DNA of 63,989 nucleotides, filler included, from Dirinaria sp. TL-2023a (Eukaryota): NCBI GenBank assembly GCA_051941275.1. It is 5 parts of 5 records of this genome, joined end to end, with 100 filler letters (N's around TTAATTAATTAA, not from the genome) between each part and the next. Parts side by side here need not be neighbours in the genome. Positions count along the whole stretch, not along the records: positions 51,680 to 63,989 come from JAVEBF010000772.1; 4 more parts are not named here. One strand, 5' to 3'. Shown piece by piece: positions 51,580 to 63,989 of this stretch (position 1 is its first letter; each line of letters starts with the position of its first letter). The notes under the pieces were generated by a model. It saw only the letters and a program-made list of their open reading frames with translations, ran no database searches and was not told where the DNA came from. The position numbers and the translations under genes were made by a program.

Positions 51580-51679
51580 NNNNNNNNNNNNNNNNNNNNN
51601 NNNNNNNNNNNNNNNNNNNNNNNTTAATTAATTAANNNNNNNNNNNNNNNNNNNNNNNNNNNNNNNNNNNNNNNNNNNN
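51580..51679. other. Artificial contig linker
   Basis: N44-TTAATTAATTAA-N44. Confidence 0.98.
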
Positions 51680-53710
51680 TCCGCTACCTCATGTAAGGCC
51701 TTACCTATTTGAGCCGTTTGCGGTTTGGTTGAGAATAAATTACGACGACTAGCGTGAGGTATCGATACATGACCGGCCTTTCCTGAAGCTGCCTTTAAAA
51801 AGCTCCAAGTTTCACTCTTAGCCCTGAGATTTATCTGCTAGAAACGCCATGTAAGATAGCACTTCTTACTTCGGCTTGAACAGAGGAAAAAAGACACCAG
51901 TTATGAAGCGCTGCATACGTGATAGAGTCTTCCCTGCTAGCGTTCCGAGGTGAGTAACCGGCATATCCAGTCCACTTTCCGCTTTCTTTATCAATCATGA
52001 TGAATATCGTGTCGCCCCTATCAGACCAAGTATGTGGTGATTGTACCTGTCCAAGCCAAACGGACCTCCTGAGACTAGCATATGTTGCGTCGCACTCAAG
52101 CTTGACTAAATCGAAAACAAATGCTGATATCTTCCTTCACAGTAATCCGGAGAAAGCCGGGGGAAATCATGCGTGCAGTGTTTACAGCTCCCAATGCGCG
52201 TATATACACGAGCTATGACTTATCAGCAGTTTATCCAATATCCCATATATACATGGACACCGTCTGCCAGCAGGTAGTAAGTAACAATTCGATTATCACT
52301 TTTGGAAACAAGATTGCAAATATCGTGATGAGCAGACACATGTACTATCAAATGCAGATCGACAATGACGAGCATTGTATGGTTCGACTATCTGAAACCC
52401 CTTCAGTCGGCTTGTCTCCCAGTAGTTGACCTTTCGGAAATTTGGATGGCTGATACCAGACCTAGGATAAAAACACTACGCGGACGTTAGTACCTGACCA
52501 GTCAAAGACGATACTTGTTTCTGATTGTAGCATAGCACCTATCGAAAGAATACTGTCTTCCAGGTTGGCGAACTGCAAGCGGCAATTTCTAGGAGACAAT
52601 TTACCGAATTACTTCGATCCCGCATATGTAAGGTTCCTCGCCTTGGCTCTACTTTAGAGATGTAGCCATACTGAGTCCAAAAGTATGTATTGGCTTACAC
52701 AGGGTGCTTCGGGGTCATGAACACCTTTCGCCGTTCCTCGTCTCTGATTTGAAGCAATCTTTTCAGAAATCAACGCGATAGGACGATTTGAACAGGCAAT
52801 AATTCTTCAGCCCAGTGTTTGCCCATGGAGGGCTCAATTGAAACGTTCTTAGTCTTAGATTCTTGGTGTGCGCGAAAACCGTTTCGCCAAATGACGAGGT
52901 AGCCGCTAGATTTTGCAGCTGAACAAGAATACCTTTGACTTCTGGTAGTAAAGGTAAGCTAAACGAGAGTTCATTTCCATTAACACTTCATAAGGCTTAT
53001 GATGCACTCAAAATATTTCATGCTAATACCAATGGTTCTGCCAATGCGGAGATCCTTCGAGTCTTTTCATCTTTCATCTGAAGCCTTTAGGAACTCCTTA
53101 TGCCAGTTTTGCTTCCAGTGCATATTGAGCTAATTTTTTCAGGGCCGTAGACCTACCACTAAGGGGATGAGGATACCGTATACCTTAAGCTTATGGTCTC
53201 ACTGCCTCCGCACCACTCTATTCTACTGCCACACCACCGATCGCTCACTTTCACCTGGTAATGCATTCGACCCCTTCGATATCTCGGTTTTTAAGTACAG
53301 CCATTTCCTCTGCTCTGATGCCGTATAAGTTTCAAGGAAAGAAGGTTTAACGAAGTGACGATGGACTGATTCACCACGAAAGTGTCAGCGTCAGATATAC
53401 AAATCGTTGAAAGTTAAAGATGTCTGAAAAATTCACATGACAGGCATTCATAGACGAAAACGACTAGTAAAGGTGGTGTGACAGCAGAGTAGGGCGATGT
53501 TACGGCTGCGGGCCCTAAACTTCTGTGTAGGTAGCCGCGACTATTGCTAAATCAGCAGCCAGCGACGATCCTGTCCGCAGTCAGAACCAAGTATCAATAA
53601 GACTATGCCGGACATGGTCGCCAGTAATTCGGAGCTCACTGCCCTAAAAGCTTCAAATGTCTATGTATTTGGGGACTAGACGTTGGTTTGGCCTTGTCAC
53701 CAGAGAGGAA

Positions 53711-54602
53711 TCAGGGTTCCTGAAACCTGGATAAGTCTTTGTCGTTCCAACTAGAAACACATCAGCCTACAACGCTACTATGATGGGGTTTAATACCTCA
53801 GGAACTTTCCACTAAGTTCTCTAGGTGCGTCCAGGGCCAATTTAGCGATCACACGCCCTGGCTGTTCAGGCCTCAATAATGCTCCATCTCGATGCAGTTG
53901 AAGGAACCGTGCAACATCCTTGTCATGCATTGACATCGAGTGCAGCTCACGAATATCTCGTTGCATCTCTGTATCGACAACCCCTGGCCTTACTGAGATG
54001 GTAGTGACCTCTGGCTCTTCAGCGCCCAATGTCAGCGCCAAATGGTTTAATGCAGCTTTGGTAGCGCCGTAGGCGCCCCACCCGGTGTATACGTTGACCG
54101 CGGCACCTGATGAAGTGAATACGATGCGGCCGTTAGTTTTCCGCAAAGCAGGCAAAGCGATTTTAACCTATACGAATCAGCGACGTCTCGGATCGGACCG
54201 AGTATCTACCAAAGCTACAGCGCTGAAGAAGTTGACGTCAAATCCTTTCTTCCAATCCTCGACCTCACTCTCCACCACTCTGGCCACTGGTTCGAGCGTT
54301 CCATGGTTGATGATCAGACCGTCCAGTTGACCAAATTCTTTCACAGTACAGTCTAGCGCTTGCCTAAGTAGCGAAGTATCGCTCACATCGCCAGCAATTG
54401 TTCGCACTTGTGCTGGATGTCGAGCTCTGATTTCCTCGAGCAGTTCGCTGCTGCGCGCAATCAGCGTCACATTGTGGGCGCTGCTAATGAGATATTGTGC
54501 GATAGAAAGGCCAATGCCTGCAAAGTTCGTCAGCTGCTTAATTCGACGAAGCCTTCGGCTCGTACCCCTCGAGGCGCCAGTCACAATGATCGTCTTGGCC
54601 AT
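53711..54602 (-). CDS. Short-chain dehydrogenase/reductase, sepiapterin/benzil-reductase-like (251 aa)
   Basis: Introns 54518-54565, 54168-54209 and 53751-53796 give a 756-nt CDS. TGASRGIG, NHGTL, TSSGAA, catalytic YGATK, PGVVDTEMQ. Confidence 0.92.
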
Positions 54603-54938
54603 TTTTGACAGCCTTTGATGTCAATTGGGGAAATGTTTTCAGGAGTATGCGGCCGTTGTGGACAATTTTGGAGGGGTCGAATACCACAGTAGCAACGTCA
54701 TAGCTGGTACTTGTACTTCACATTCAAGTACCTTCGGTTACCTTAGGTTAGAGGAGGTACAACTTCCTCTACGCCGACAAGCGGGGCATCCCGCAGTCTA
54801 CATGACTTAAGTAATCTGGCTCTTCATGATTTCTGAATCCCAATTCTTCAATTCTTCAATTCTTCAAAATACAAAAAAAGACCTCTCTTATAATCTTCAA
54901 TGTATCTATCCAGCTTGTAAGCCTAATCCTACTTATTT

Positions 54939-56165
54939 ATGGCTACTGTCATTATCGGCGCTGGGATAATTGGCACTTCCATAGCCTACTATCTTTCTCA
55001 ACCACCATCGTCTACTCCACCTTCTGTGATCCACCTTGTCGAGTCATCGCCAGAGCTGTTCGCGTCTGCATCGGGTTATGCTGCTGGGTTTCTCGCTCGC
55101 GATTGGTTTTCAGCTTCCCTTGCCTCCCTCGGGGCTCTAAGCTTTGATCTGCACAAACGCTTGGCCGAGGAGAACAACGGAGCTGAAAAATGGGCTTACA
55201 GTAAGAGTACGGGTACAAGTTTTGAGGAGACCGTTGGCGAAAGAGGAGAGGACTGGCTATCGGAAGGCGTTAGTAGGAGCCAGGCCGCCAAGAACTCTGA
55301 CGCCACAGATATTGCGAACCATGACAGACCGGTATGGCTTCGAGGAAAAGGCAGATTGGATGTCATCAGTAGAGGAGACACCACCGCTCAGGTCGACCCT
55401 CTTCGTCTTTGTCAGCACCTCTTCGAGACCCTGGTGGCGCGTGGGATCCATATACACCATCCTGCGCGCGTAACTTCCGTTATACGATTGCCCTCGGGCA
55501 AGCTAGGGGCCGTCCGAATCAAGACCGTTCAGCAAGAGATTGAGGTGCCATGTCGACGCCTAGTACTTGCCGCAGGTGCATGGACACCTTATGTTTTTCG
55601 CTTGCTGTTCCCGCATTCTAACACCGAGCTCCCGATCACCTCTTTGGCTGGTCATAGTCTGTTGTTGAGGTCTCCTCACTGGCCGTCAAAAGAATCGCAG
55701 TCGGGGAGCTCGATAGCCGCCGGTCCGGGGACAGCAGAGTCACCTCCCTGCCACGCCATCTTCACAACTGATCCCTCTGGATATAGCCCAGAGGTTTTCT
55801 CTCGCTCACCGGGCCACATATATATCGCTGGACTGAATTCAAGCACTTACCCGCTCCCTGGTCTTGCCACAGACCGGTTGATCAGCTCAGACTCCATTAC
55901 GACCCTACGTAAGACTGCTCAGAGGCTGCTTGGCGAAGAGCTGATTGTGGAGCGAGAAGGGGTGTGCTGGAGACCCGTCACTCAGCGCGGGGTGCCTATC
56001 ATTGCTGATCTCGGAACAAGTGGAGAAGATGGAATCATCGTCGCTGCAGGTCATGGCGCCTGGGGAATTAGCTTGAGCCTAGGTACAGGTTATGTTGTGG
56101 CCGGGATGATTGAGGATCGCAAAGAGTTAGGAGCAAACATACAAGGTTTGACTCTGAAACGCTAG
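54939..56165 (+). CDS. FAD-dependent oxidoreductase, DAO family (Tda3-like, 408 aa)
   Basis: IIGAGIIG Rossmann motif, ASGYAAGFL, AQVDP, LAAGAWT, CWRPVT and AAGHGAWGISLSLGTG. Confidence 0.92.
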   Translation: MATVIIGAGIIGTSIAYYLSQPPSSTPPSVIHLVESSPELFASASGYAAGFLARDWFSASLASLGALSFDLHKRLAEENNGAEKWAYSKSTGTSFEETVGERGEDWLSEGVSRSQAAKNSDATDIANHDRPVWLRGKGRLDVISRGDTTAQVDPLRLCQHLFETLVARGIHIHHPARVTSVIRLPSGKLGAVRIKTVQQEIEVPCRRLVLAAGAWTPYVFRLLFPHSNTELPITSLAGHSLLLRSPHWPSKESQSGSSIAAGPGTAESPPCHAIFTTDPSGYSPEVFSRSPGHIYIAGLNSSTYPLPGLATDRLISSDSITTLRKTAQRLLGEELIVEREGVCWRPVTQRGVPIIADLGTSGEDGIIVAAGHGAWGISLSLGTGYVVAGMIEDRKELGANIQGLTLKR

Positions 56166-56702
56166 CTATAGTTTGTTCACCTCAGCGCCACCTTCAACAT
56201 GTTTCTCCTGGCCACCTTCTTCTGGGACACATGAACAATTTACAAGTTGCCAAGAATGAGGACTTCAGAGAGTGCATAACGAAGCTTTCAAATACCCATG
56301 GACTTGCGGATCTACCACTACTTCGTTCACGGCAGCAGTCATCTTTACCCATCAACACCTTATCATGAAAACCAAGTCGAGTGTCGAAACTCGAGCGCGA
56401 GAGCACTAGCAACTCCGTGGGCGAACTTGCGCATGTTTCATTTGCGTCTTTTATATCTATTTTTGACTGCGTCTTGTGAGAACGTCAAGAAAGTAGCAAC
56501 GCCTTGCGTATCATTTTCTCCCTAGGGAACAACGAGACTCCATCTGAGCAAACCAAACGGTGCCAGTACGCCTGACTTCGCCTCCTTCCATTTGAAATGG
56601 AGACCCATGCAACCTCTCGAGTGCTCAGCTTCTTAATCCTTCACTAATAGCAGCATATTTAAGGAACTCAAACCTACGTCCAATTTCTCTAACGGCACCG
56701 GC

Positions 56703-57701
56703 TCACGCTGTGGCTTGTGTGCCTGAGCCCGTTGTACCTCCGGGCAATTCCAACTCAAGGCCATCTGCAATGGTGACGGAGAGTTTTTTCGTATCGCCCA
56801 GGTTACTGGCTCTGCCGCCTTTTCCAGCAGCTCTGACACATTTCCCATTGACGGCTGTGACGGCGGTCCAAATATCAATCCAACGGGCTATCGTTTCAAC
56901 TCCATTGCCGTTGATAGTCACTGCGCATTTCCTATCGAGTGATATCATGGTGTAAGGAAGCCCTACGCTCGGTCTCGTATCGCCCGTTGGGCCGAAGGGC
57001 TCGAGATCTGAACTTATAGGCATAGTGGCGGCGATTTGTTCACAAGAGGCTAATGGCGGTTTCGTTTGGCGGTCGCAGGATATGCTGTTTGCATATGGCT
57101 CCATCCTGACGGCGAAATGTCCATTCGAAGCTGCATTTACAAATCAGAGAACCGCATGAAGGAGCACATGCAATGGCTTACTGAAATCAGTCGCTATCCC
57201 ACCTACGCCTAGATCCTTTACGCAATCTCTAAGAACTGCGTAGGCTGACTCTCGGAGTATGTAATAGTCCGTGCGGCCTTCGCGCTCTGATTCACGGAGG
57301 CTGACGGTCAGGATACAAGTCGCATCATCTAGAATGGGCACTATCAGATTTGCATCGGAGCAAGAGATATCGAGGATCCTACCGCTTACGAAATTCATTG
57401 GGAGTGGAACTGCGTTCTCTGCTGTTCCATATCGTCGATTTATGAAATCAGTACGTTGTCGTTCCGAGGGCAGAAGCGCAGCCGCGTTCTCGCAACTCTT
57501 GAACTTCGCGGACCCGCGTCGGTCGGATTTCAGACAGTTGATGTTGAAAGGCCCTTTTCCCGTGACGTTGGAGATAGCACTCGAATTGGATAGCGAAAGG
57601 GATTGATTCGATATCGATCTTGCGATATTTACTGACGAAACGGTTGCTGATGCGGAGAGTCTCCCAAATATACAAAGAGCGAGAAGTCCAAGCTTGTACA
57701 T
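56703..57701 (-). CDS. Secreted cysteine-rich protein with two tandem Ecp2/KP4-like domains (297 aa)
   Basis: Signal peptide MYKLGLLALCIFGRLSASA; introns 57329-57382 and 57131-57181 join the two ORFs. Each domain follows C..(S)CE.....P...LP....D..C..TV/I......A..V...CV....GG.A. Fold assignment is inference. Confidence 0.78.
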
Positions 57702-59792
57702 GATGACGAGCCAGTCCTATTCAAAGACGAAGCGAGAGCAATAAAGAACTCGCGGCAGATGGTGGATACTTCAAGAGTCTGGTTCGGGACTAGATATACT
57801 GAGCGTCCGATGGCGGACTCGAAGTCTCTTCAGCGTCGGAAAATGCTCGATATCCGAGCTTACTGGCGACTCATGTTTTGCCATTCTCACAGTATCAAAG
57901 TCCACTGAACAAGCAGCGTTCAGCGATGATTGGAGCTACATGCCGCTATGTATGTGCACCGGGTCTCTGCCGCTTGAATGGAACATCGAGCAGCACAAAC
58001 ACTATCTCTGCTGCTATCTGCCTTCTTCTTAGGCTTTCTGGGTGCTATAGCGACTGCGCGTCACAATGAGGTCAAAAGCTGTACCTAAGGCCTGAATCCC
58101 CGCGAAGCAGGGGCTGGTCCTAATCCCGCGAAACCACCCTAGCGCCTGCCGCGCCAACCTAGTGACGCCAAGGACGAAAAGGCTGCAAAATTCTCCGGCC
58201 ACCAGAGAACGTTGGACTTGCAGGTTGGATGGGAATTGGGAAAGGATATTTTCAAGGATTGTGCGACATAGGTAGAGCTTTCGGTCAAGAGCAGCGTGCG
58301 CGAGGTCAATACGATGTGATTTACTTTTCTGATAAGGTAAGTCGGCCAAGCAACTTTGTCTCTTACCCAGGCCGACAGTATCTTTGCGATAAACCACTTT
58401 CTCTCTCACGCTTGGATCTCCTTAGGACCCAGCGTCTCTGCTTCTTTGCGAACTGAGGCCGACAGCATCGAATTCATCAGAGATCGCACGTTCAAGTTCT
58501 CTGTGCCTTTCGCGCTAGATGTATAGCCGCCAGCATTGTTGCGCTTGAAACGATATTTGCCACTGTCATAGAGCCTTTCTGATGCGCATTAGTGCTAATT
58601 AGGCATATCGCCAGACCGCATTGTGGTATGAACCCACGATAGAAGTGCATGATCGAGATGCGCATCGCCACATTTGATAGGCATACGAGATTAAGGTATG
58701 GTAGAGGCCTTGAAGTGCATAATCTAGCGCCAGAGTTTCTCCCGGAAGGGCATCAAGCCAATCAAGAACATACACTGCAACCCACCACTACTACTGACTT
58801 GCAGATCGCACAGATCATATCTAAAGTCCTCGCTGCGTTTCTGACGGTCGGACATTATTGCTGCTTCTTCCCGACCTTTACTAGACCAAGGAGCAGCCTT
58901 AAGTCGTCAAAGGCTTTTCGCTACGTCATGAATGAGAAACCGGGGACAAGACATATGGTTGAATGGTGCTGATCCACTCTGGCGAACTCGTTTCGGAGCA
59001 GTTGCTTCGCTTGTGCTCGCGAATCTGGTGATATGGTATCCCATCATCGATTTGATCCTTGTGAATACTTTCAGCTGGGTGACTACACTTTCTTTGGTGA
59101 AGGGCATCTTCTAAAAGCCTTCAACAGTATTCCATGATTCAATTCACAGTCAGCTCTGGGTAACAGATGTACGCACGATGGTCTGATGATGTATGAGCCA
59201 TAGAAACTTGGGTTTTGGGGTTTGTGGTACAGGTGTATTGGCGTGACGGAAATACGATCGACCCATTGTCATTATCAAGAATTCTGGCGAGATGGCCTGT
59301 TGGACAGTAAGGCTCAATGGACAGACTGTAAGCTCGAATCTCACTTTTATCGATTCATTCCCTTTTTTTTTTTTTTTCATTCTCAAGATCCTCTCTATGA
59401 ATACTTCATAGAGGCTTGCTCAGAAGAAGTGATGGACCTTCACTTAAGTGAAGAGAAACTCCTAAAGCTTTCAACAGTCTTCCGTGTTTCAATACAAAGT
59501 CAGCGATTACTATGAGTGATGTTTAATCCACTTGGGTGTTGCTTGTCTGAGTATCACTCTGCTTGGCTGAATAACACTCTGTATGGATATAATCTCCCAG
59601 TACTCTCGCAGTATGAGCGAGACCAAAATCTGCTTCTTTCTCTACCATACCGAACCGAAGAAAACCCCCCCTCTCTCTCCCTACATCCAAGATATCTCAA
59701 GTCCCAGCCAATACAACATCAGCAACACTCCCTCCTCAAAAACAAAAACAACCAAGAACCCCCTATTCTTTCCACGAACAGAAAAAAACAAA

Positions 59793-60041
59793 ATGTGCTG
59801 GAAGGTCATAGTCTTCAACGCCTGCGGGCACCCCGACTACCAGAGCATCCGCTGCAGAGCCTTTGAGAACACATATGGCCGCGACTATCGCGCCCAGGGA
59901 ACCGCAGTGCCCAGCCCCGACGAATGCCCGAACTACGATCCGACGAGGAACTCCGAGAAAGGCCACCCGCGGCCGTGCAGGGCGTGCAGGGCTAGAAATG
60001 CAGCAGCAGCACAGGCGCAAAATGTGTATCATCAATATTGA
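59793..60041 (+). CDS. Small Cys/His-rich putative zinc-binding protein (82 aa)
   Basis: AAAATG start; MC.......CGH......C...C...CRAC pattern; GC-rich coding island among AT-rich flanks. Confidence 0.65.
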   Translation: MCWKVIVFNACGHPDYQSIRCRAFENTYGRDYRAQGTAVPSPDECPNYDPTRNSEKGHPRPCRACRARNAAAAQAQNVYHQY

Positions 60042-62913
60042 TTCAGGAGGTTTAAGATTGGGGGAAATGGAAGGAATCACCACTCGAGAGAAGCTAGCTA
60101 GCTAGCTATAAGTATTGATTGGAACGGGTTGGGCTTTGGAGCGGAGGGATATCTAAGCTTTCTTTATTTTAAGAACGTGCCTCTTTACTATGAATGTTTA
60201 CTGCTTTAATTGAAAAATGATTGAATGATAAGCCTGTCCAGCATACTTGCTACTGCCCTAGTGACTTAAACCCACGATACATGCTTGCAATCAGGAATGA
60301 ATTATTGATCTGCACAGAGTTCCCATGCTCTAACTAACTGTGTTAATTACGAACCAGCACCTCATGACGGAAACATCGTACGACGAAATAACGAAGAAAG
60401 AGCTATCAATACATACACATAGATAGTCCAGCTAAGGGGGTATTAGCATGTATTCCCACCAAGGCCATAGGATATAGTGAAGCGCAACCCCCTAAGTAGT
60501 CTTCAAAAATCGTCCATGTTTTCATTCAATCCACACTCAATAATGATTTGCTATGGAGTATTCAAACATCAATTCACTCACTATCGGGTGTTACTCGTTT
60601 TTTGAACAACCTCCTCTACCTACCCATACATATATAAGCTTATCTCAGTAATACGCTCTCAATACCAACCAAAAAAATCAGTAGTTCCGCATTCTAGTTC
60701 TATTCTATCGAATGATCTTTCATGAATCGACCTGCTTGACATAACATTTCTCCTCTCTCCCTTTCTTCAAAGAACAAGCAAGTATTACCCTTACCCCCCC
60801 CACAAATTGAAAAGAAAGAAAGAAAAAGAAAAGAAAAATGTGCAAGCCGCATCCGCGTATGCGCTCATCCAAGCTACAAGAGCGTGCGCTGTAAAGCGCT
60901 TTGAAGAAAATATATGGCTTGGAATATGCTAGCCTGGGAGGAGGGAGGTTTGCCCTTCACGTAAAGAAAGACTTACTACCATGCTGTTCCTGTCAAACAA
61001 TCGACAACGATGCAAAAATACGAGTCTGCATAAGATTTTTTTGTTTTTGTGGATACCTCATGACCCATACATGCTTGCCATAAAAGGCATGGACAATCGA
61101 TTTACGGATCATAGGATACATGTTTCGGGGTTATCTTATATCGAGAACGAGGTCTAGAATATATGTTTGAAAATCCATTCTCTTTTTAAAAAAATAGAAG
61201 AGGAGATACTGCTGCAAGAGATGACTGAAATTGGGAGATAATGAAAGGGGGGGGGGAAGGTTATAAGAGATTGGTTGTCGAAAGAACCGCAAGAAGATTA
61301 AATCTGAAAGTCTATCTCGAGAGATATTCAAGCTTAGATCGACCCACCCACGAGAGCTTGAGACAGGCCAGTGCGTTAGATTGATAGGTCGAGGAGGTAG
61401 GTATTCGAGACTTAAGTTCCGCGAGGGTTGTATCCAAGCCTTCCCCACCTTTTTTCATCTGCTCCATGGCTGACGTTTCTCATCCGTCTCGATTTCCACT
61501 CCAGCTGTACATGAGCGAGGTATCGATCATTCCACCGCTCCGAAATGTGATTCTTCATTGTTCTCACGCTTCAACTCAGCCTTGTTCAAGTCGTTCGCAG
61601 GATCCTTTCCCATGTCATTATTCTGATTGTTGCAGGCGGCAGCGCCATCGGTATATCCATAGTTGATGTGCAGCAATGCGAGCGACGCGGTTTCGGAGAT
61701 CAAAGCGCATAAGATATTTTACCTTATCTTCCATTCTACCTCAGTCTGTCTTCTTGACGTCATCCTCTTAGATCACCATTCAGTACCTTAAGGTAAGGTA
61801 CTGTCGTCTCTTGACGAACTCATAAATCTAGGACAGCATCCGGCATCAAAGGACCCGGGGGTGCCGAGGGAGCGGGAAGTTTTATGTGCTCTGGTATGCA
61901 ATAGACTTGAGCCATGAGACGCAACGGCATTCTGGTCTCTTTGCTATGATCTCTACTCGTATCGAGTATGGAGAGCGCTTCTTTCTGCGACTCCCACAGC
62001 GAATCATAATTGCTCATGGAAAACTCCCGAGTCTTCGACACATGTATGTTGGGAATTGTGGTCTTCATCGATTCCGTAGGCTAGCTCCGAACAATCCAGC
62101 CTCCACGATTGTCATCACTTGCTCGCAATCCTGTCATGAGTGGCAATGCGGCCAAAAGTCAATATCGACCTTTACCTCGGCAACATCATCAAGACTGGAT
62201 CGCACCGTTCTCCTCACACCATAGAACGGCAAATATGAACACTGCTGACGTCCGTTGGCCCACATTTCTCACACATATTGTGGATTCTTTCCTCTCCTAG
62301 TGGACCAACGTCTCGTCAGACATTAGATATTCCAAATTGAAACAGCTGAGAAGCTGACCCACCTCAAGGAACCTTCAAGCCCAGAGAGGCCCATCTACCC
62401 TGCAAGAATAAGCTATACCACATTAAACACATCGAGTACCGTTGCCGAGCGTCTCCGCACTGAGTTAGCTTCTTCTTCTTCTATCTTCTGCCAGTAACTT
62501 GCACGTGGCGAAAGTTGCCTTCGGCTGTGGTGTGGGAAAGTGTGCACGCAACTGCCGAAGTGTCTCTTCATTTCTCTATCATCGTCCATCCACCATCCAG
62601 TGATCGAAGAGATGTCTTTTGCAATGTGGTGTCCTGAGCGTGCACTAGGTTTTTCTTCCTCAAGATCGCACGATCTTTACGCACCACGGAATTTGTCGGT
62701 TGTGCGTCAAGGTGGGCTCGGCGAATTGGGCTCAAAAGTGTCAGCGATAGGAGTCCGTATGAAAGGGATAAATACCGCATCCTCCCTCGCAGGATGATCT
62801 TTGCTACGCTCGCTTTGATATCTATCTTTCACGGATTGCCTCTGATTATAATCTCTACCAAATCTTGATACTCGTCCCTCATAAATTGCCTCCGATAACC
62901 GACTTCATCAAAA

Positions 62914-63564
62914 ATGAAGGCTATCCACTGTGTGTTTGCTATATCAGGATTTCTTCTCACGATATCAGGTGCAAACCTAGTGCCCGCCTCGCAAACCTTC
63001 GTTGCCAAAGTGAGCTCGTAGCCGGTAGCTCAAAATGATGGGAGATCTGCCAATATTGACAGAACACAGTTTGATGACCTCACGGGAAGCGCCTTGCTAC
63101 CTGAAGCCGACCCAGTCCCGACGCCGTACAACAATCTGGCCTGGCCTGGGTTCAACGTGGACGATAACAGAGCCAATATAATCAAGGCCAAAAGTCCTAA
63201 CAATACCGCGGATAGTTTCTACCTGACGGACCAGGTTCAAAACCAAAAGCCCATGATCACGATTGCCGGGACGCAGACGAGGGCCTTTGATCTCGTGAGC
63301 GCTTACAACGGCTGCCTTGTCTCGACTCAAACGGGCGGAGTACCGCAGAGCTGCACTCTCCAGTACAACGGGACGCTGACGAGCGGCAAGCCCGTCTCGA
63401 CTCTGTGCAATTTCCAAGGAACCGCGAACCTGGCATCCTGCACCTTTCCTCCCACCTTCAAGGGACTCAGATCCGTGTCGGTGATACCTGTCGATGCCGC
63501 GTTGCTCCCAATCACTACTATTATTGTATTGGACAACGTAGCTGGCGCAACGTATCCAGCTTAG
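62914..63564 (+). CDS. Secreted beta-rich protein (196 aa), DUF7371-like
   Basis: Signal peptide MKAIHCVFAISGFLLTISG; intron 63010-63069. FDDL....PVPTPYNNLAW, FDLVSAYNGC, CTFP..F..L and VLDNV motifs. Family name from recall. Confidence 0.75.
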
Positions 63565-63989
63565 CTAGATTAAGTGCGCAAGTCCGGGACTGCATTGAAA
63601 GGACGGCTTGATGCGTTTAGCCACCCTCTGAAATCAGCTATAGCTTAATCGCTCCAGAAAAGGGGTTTTTATATCAGTCTACTCTAAATCTTATCCCTAC
63701 CCATCGTATTATGATAAATCATCGCAATCCCTATAATAATCTATGCAAAATGCATCTCTTCCCCACAAGCCACCCGAAAAAGTACTAATACGGCAATTAG
63801 TATCCACGATATATCTCGAAAGATGATACACCTCGTACTCAATACCCTTAACAAGCTCCTTTAGTATTCCGTCTCGATCTACCTTATCAATCAACAAATT
63901 CCAAGAAAAGAAAGAAAGAAATTCAATACCTAAAGTATATTATCATCAGGCGCGCCCTCCCGTACGGAGAGAACAGTAAACCATATCTC

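Noticed and set aside
41622..56165. Methyltransferase, SDR and FAD oxidoreductase as ETP tailoring genes
   Set aside because: They are on separate contigs and belong to FtsJ, sepiapterin-reductase-like and DAO families, not the GliM/GliN methyltransferase or GliT thioredoxin-reductase types.

Overview
Fungal (filamentous ascomycete) genomic DNA with short spliceosomal introns. The orphan secreted-protein families suggest a lichen-forming Lecanoromycete, but that is inference only. The window is not one locus. It is five contigs of about 12.8 kb in descending length order, joined by artificial 100-bp N44-TTAATTAATTAA-N44 linkers at 12829, 25756, 38668 and 51580. Contig 1 is the highlight: an intact GliP/SirP-type diketopiperazine NRPS (A-T-C-A-T-C-T, ~2157 aa, one GC-AG intron) directly downstream of an intact GliC-type cytochrome P450. 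This is the core of an epipolythiodioxopiperazine (ETP)-type cluster cut off by the contig end, and a secreted SRPBCC-like gene lies on the other side. Contig 2 has no clearly intact gene. It holds decayed ORFs with C-to-T-type stops, a MYND-finger pseudogene and three separate internal repeat systems. Contigs 3-5 carry ordinary genes (GST, CENP-U/AME1-like AT-hook protein, FtsJ-like methyltransferase, a minimal velvet-like protein, SDR, DAO-family oxidoreductase) plus several orphan secreted proteins. All family assignments come from motif recognition by eye; no database searches were run.
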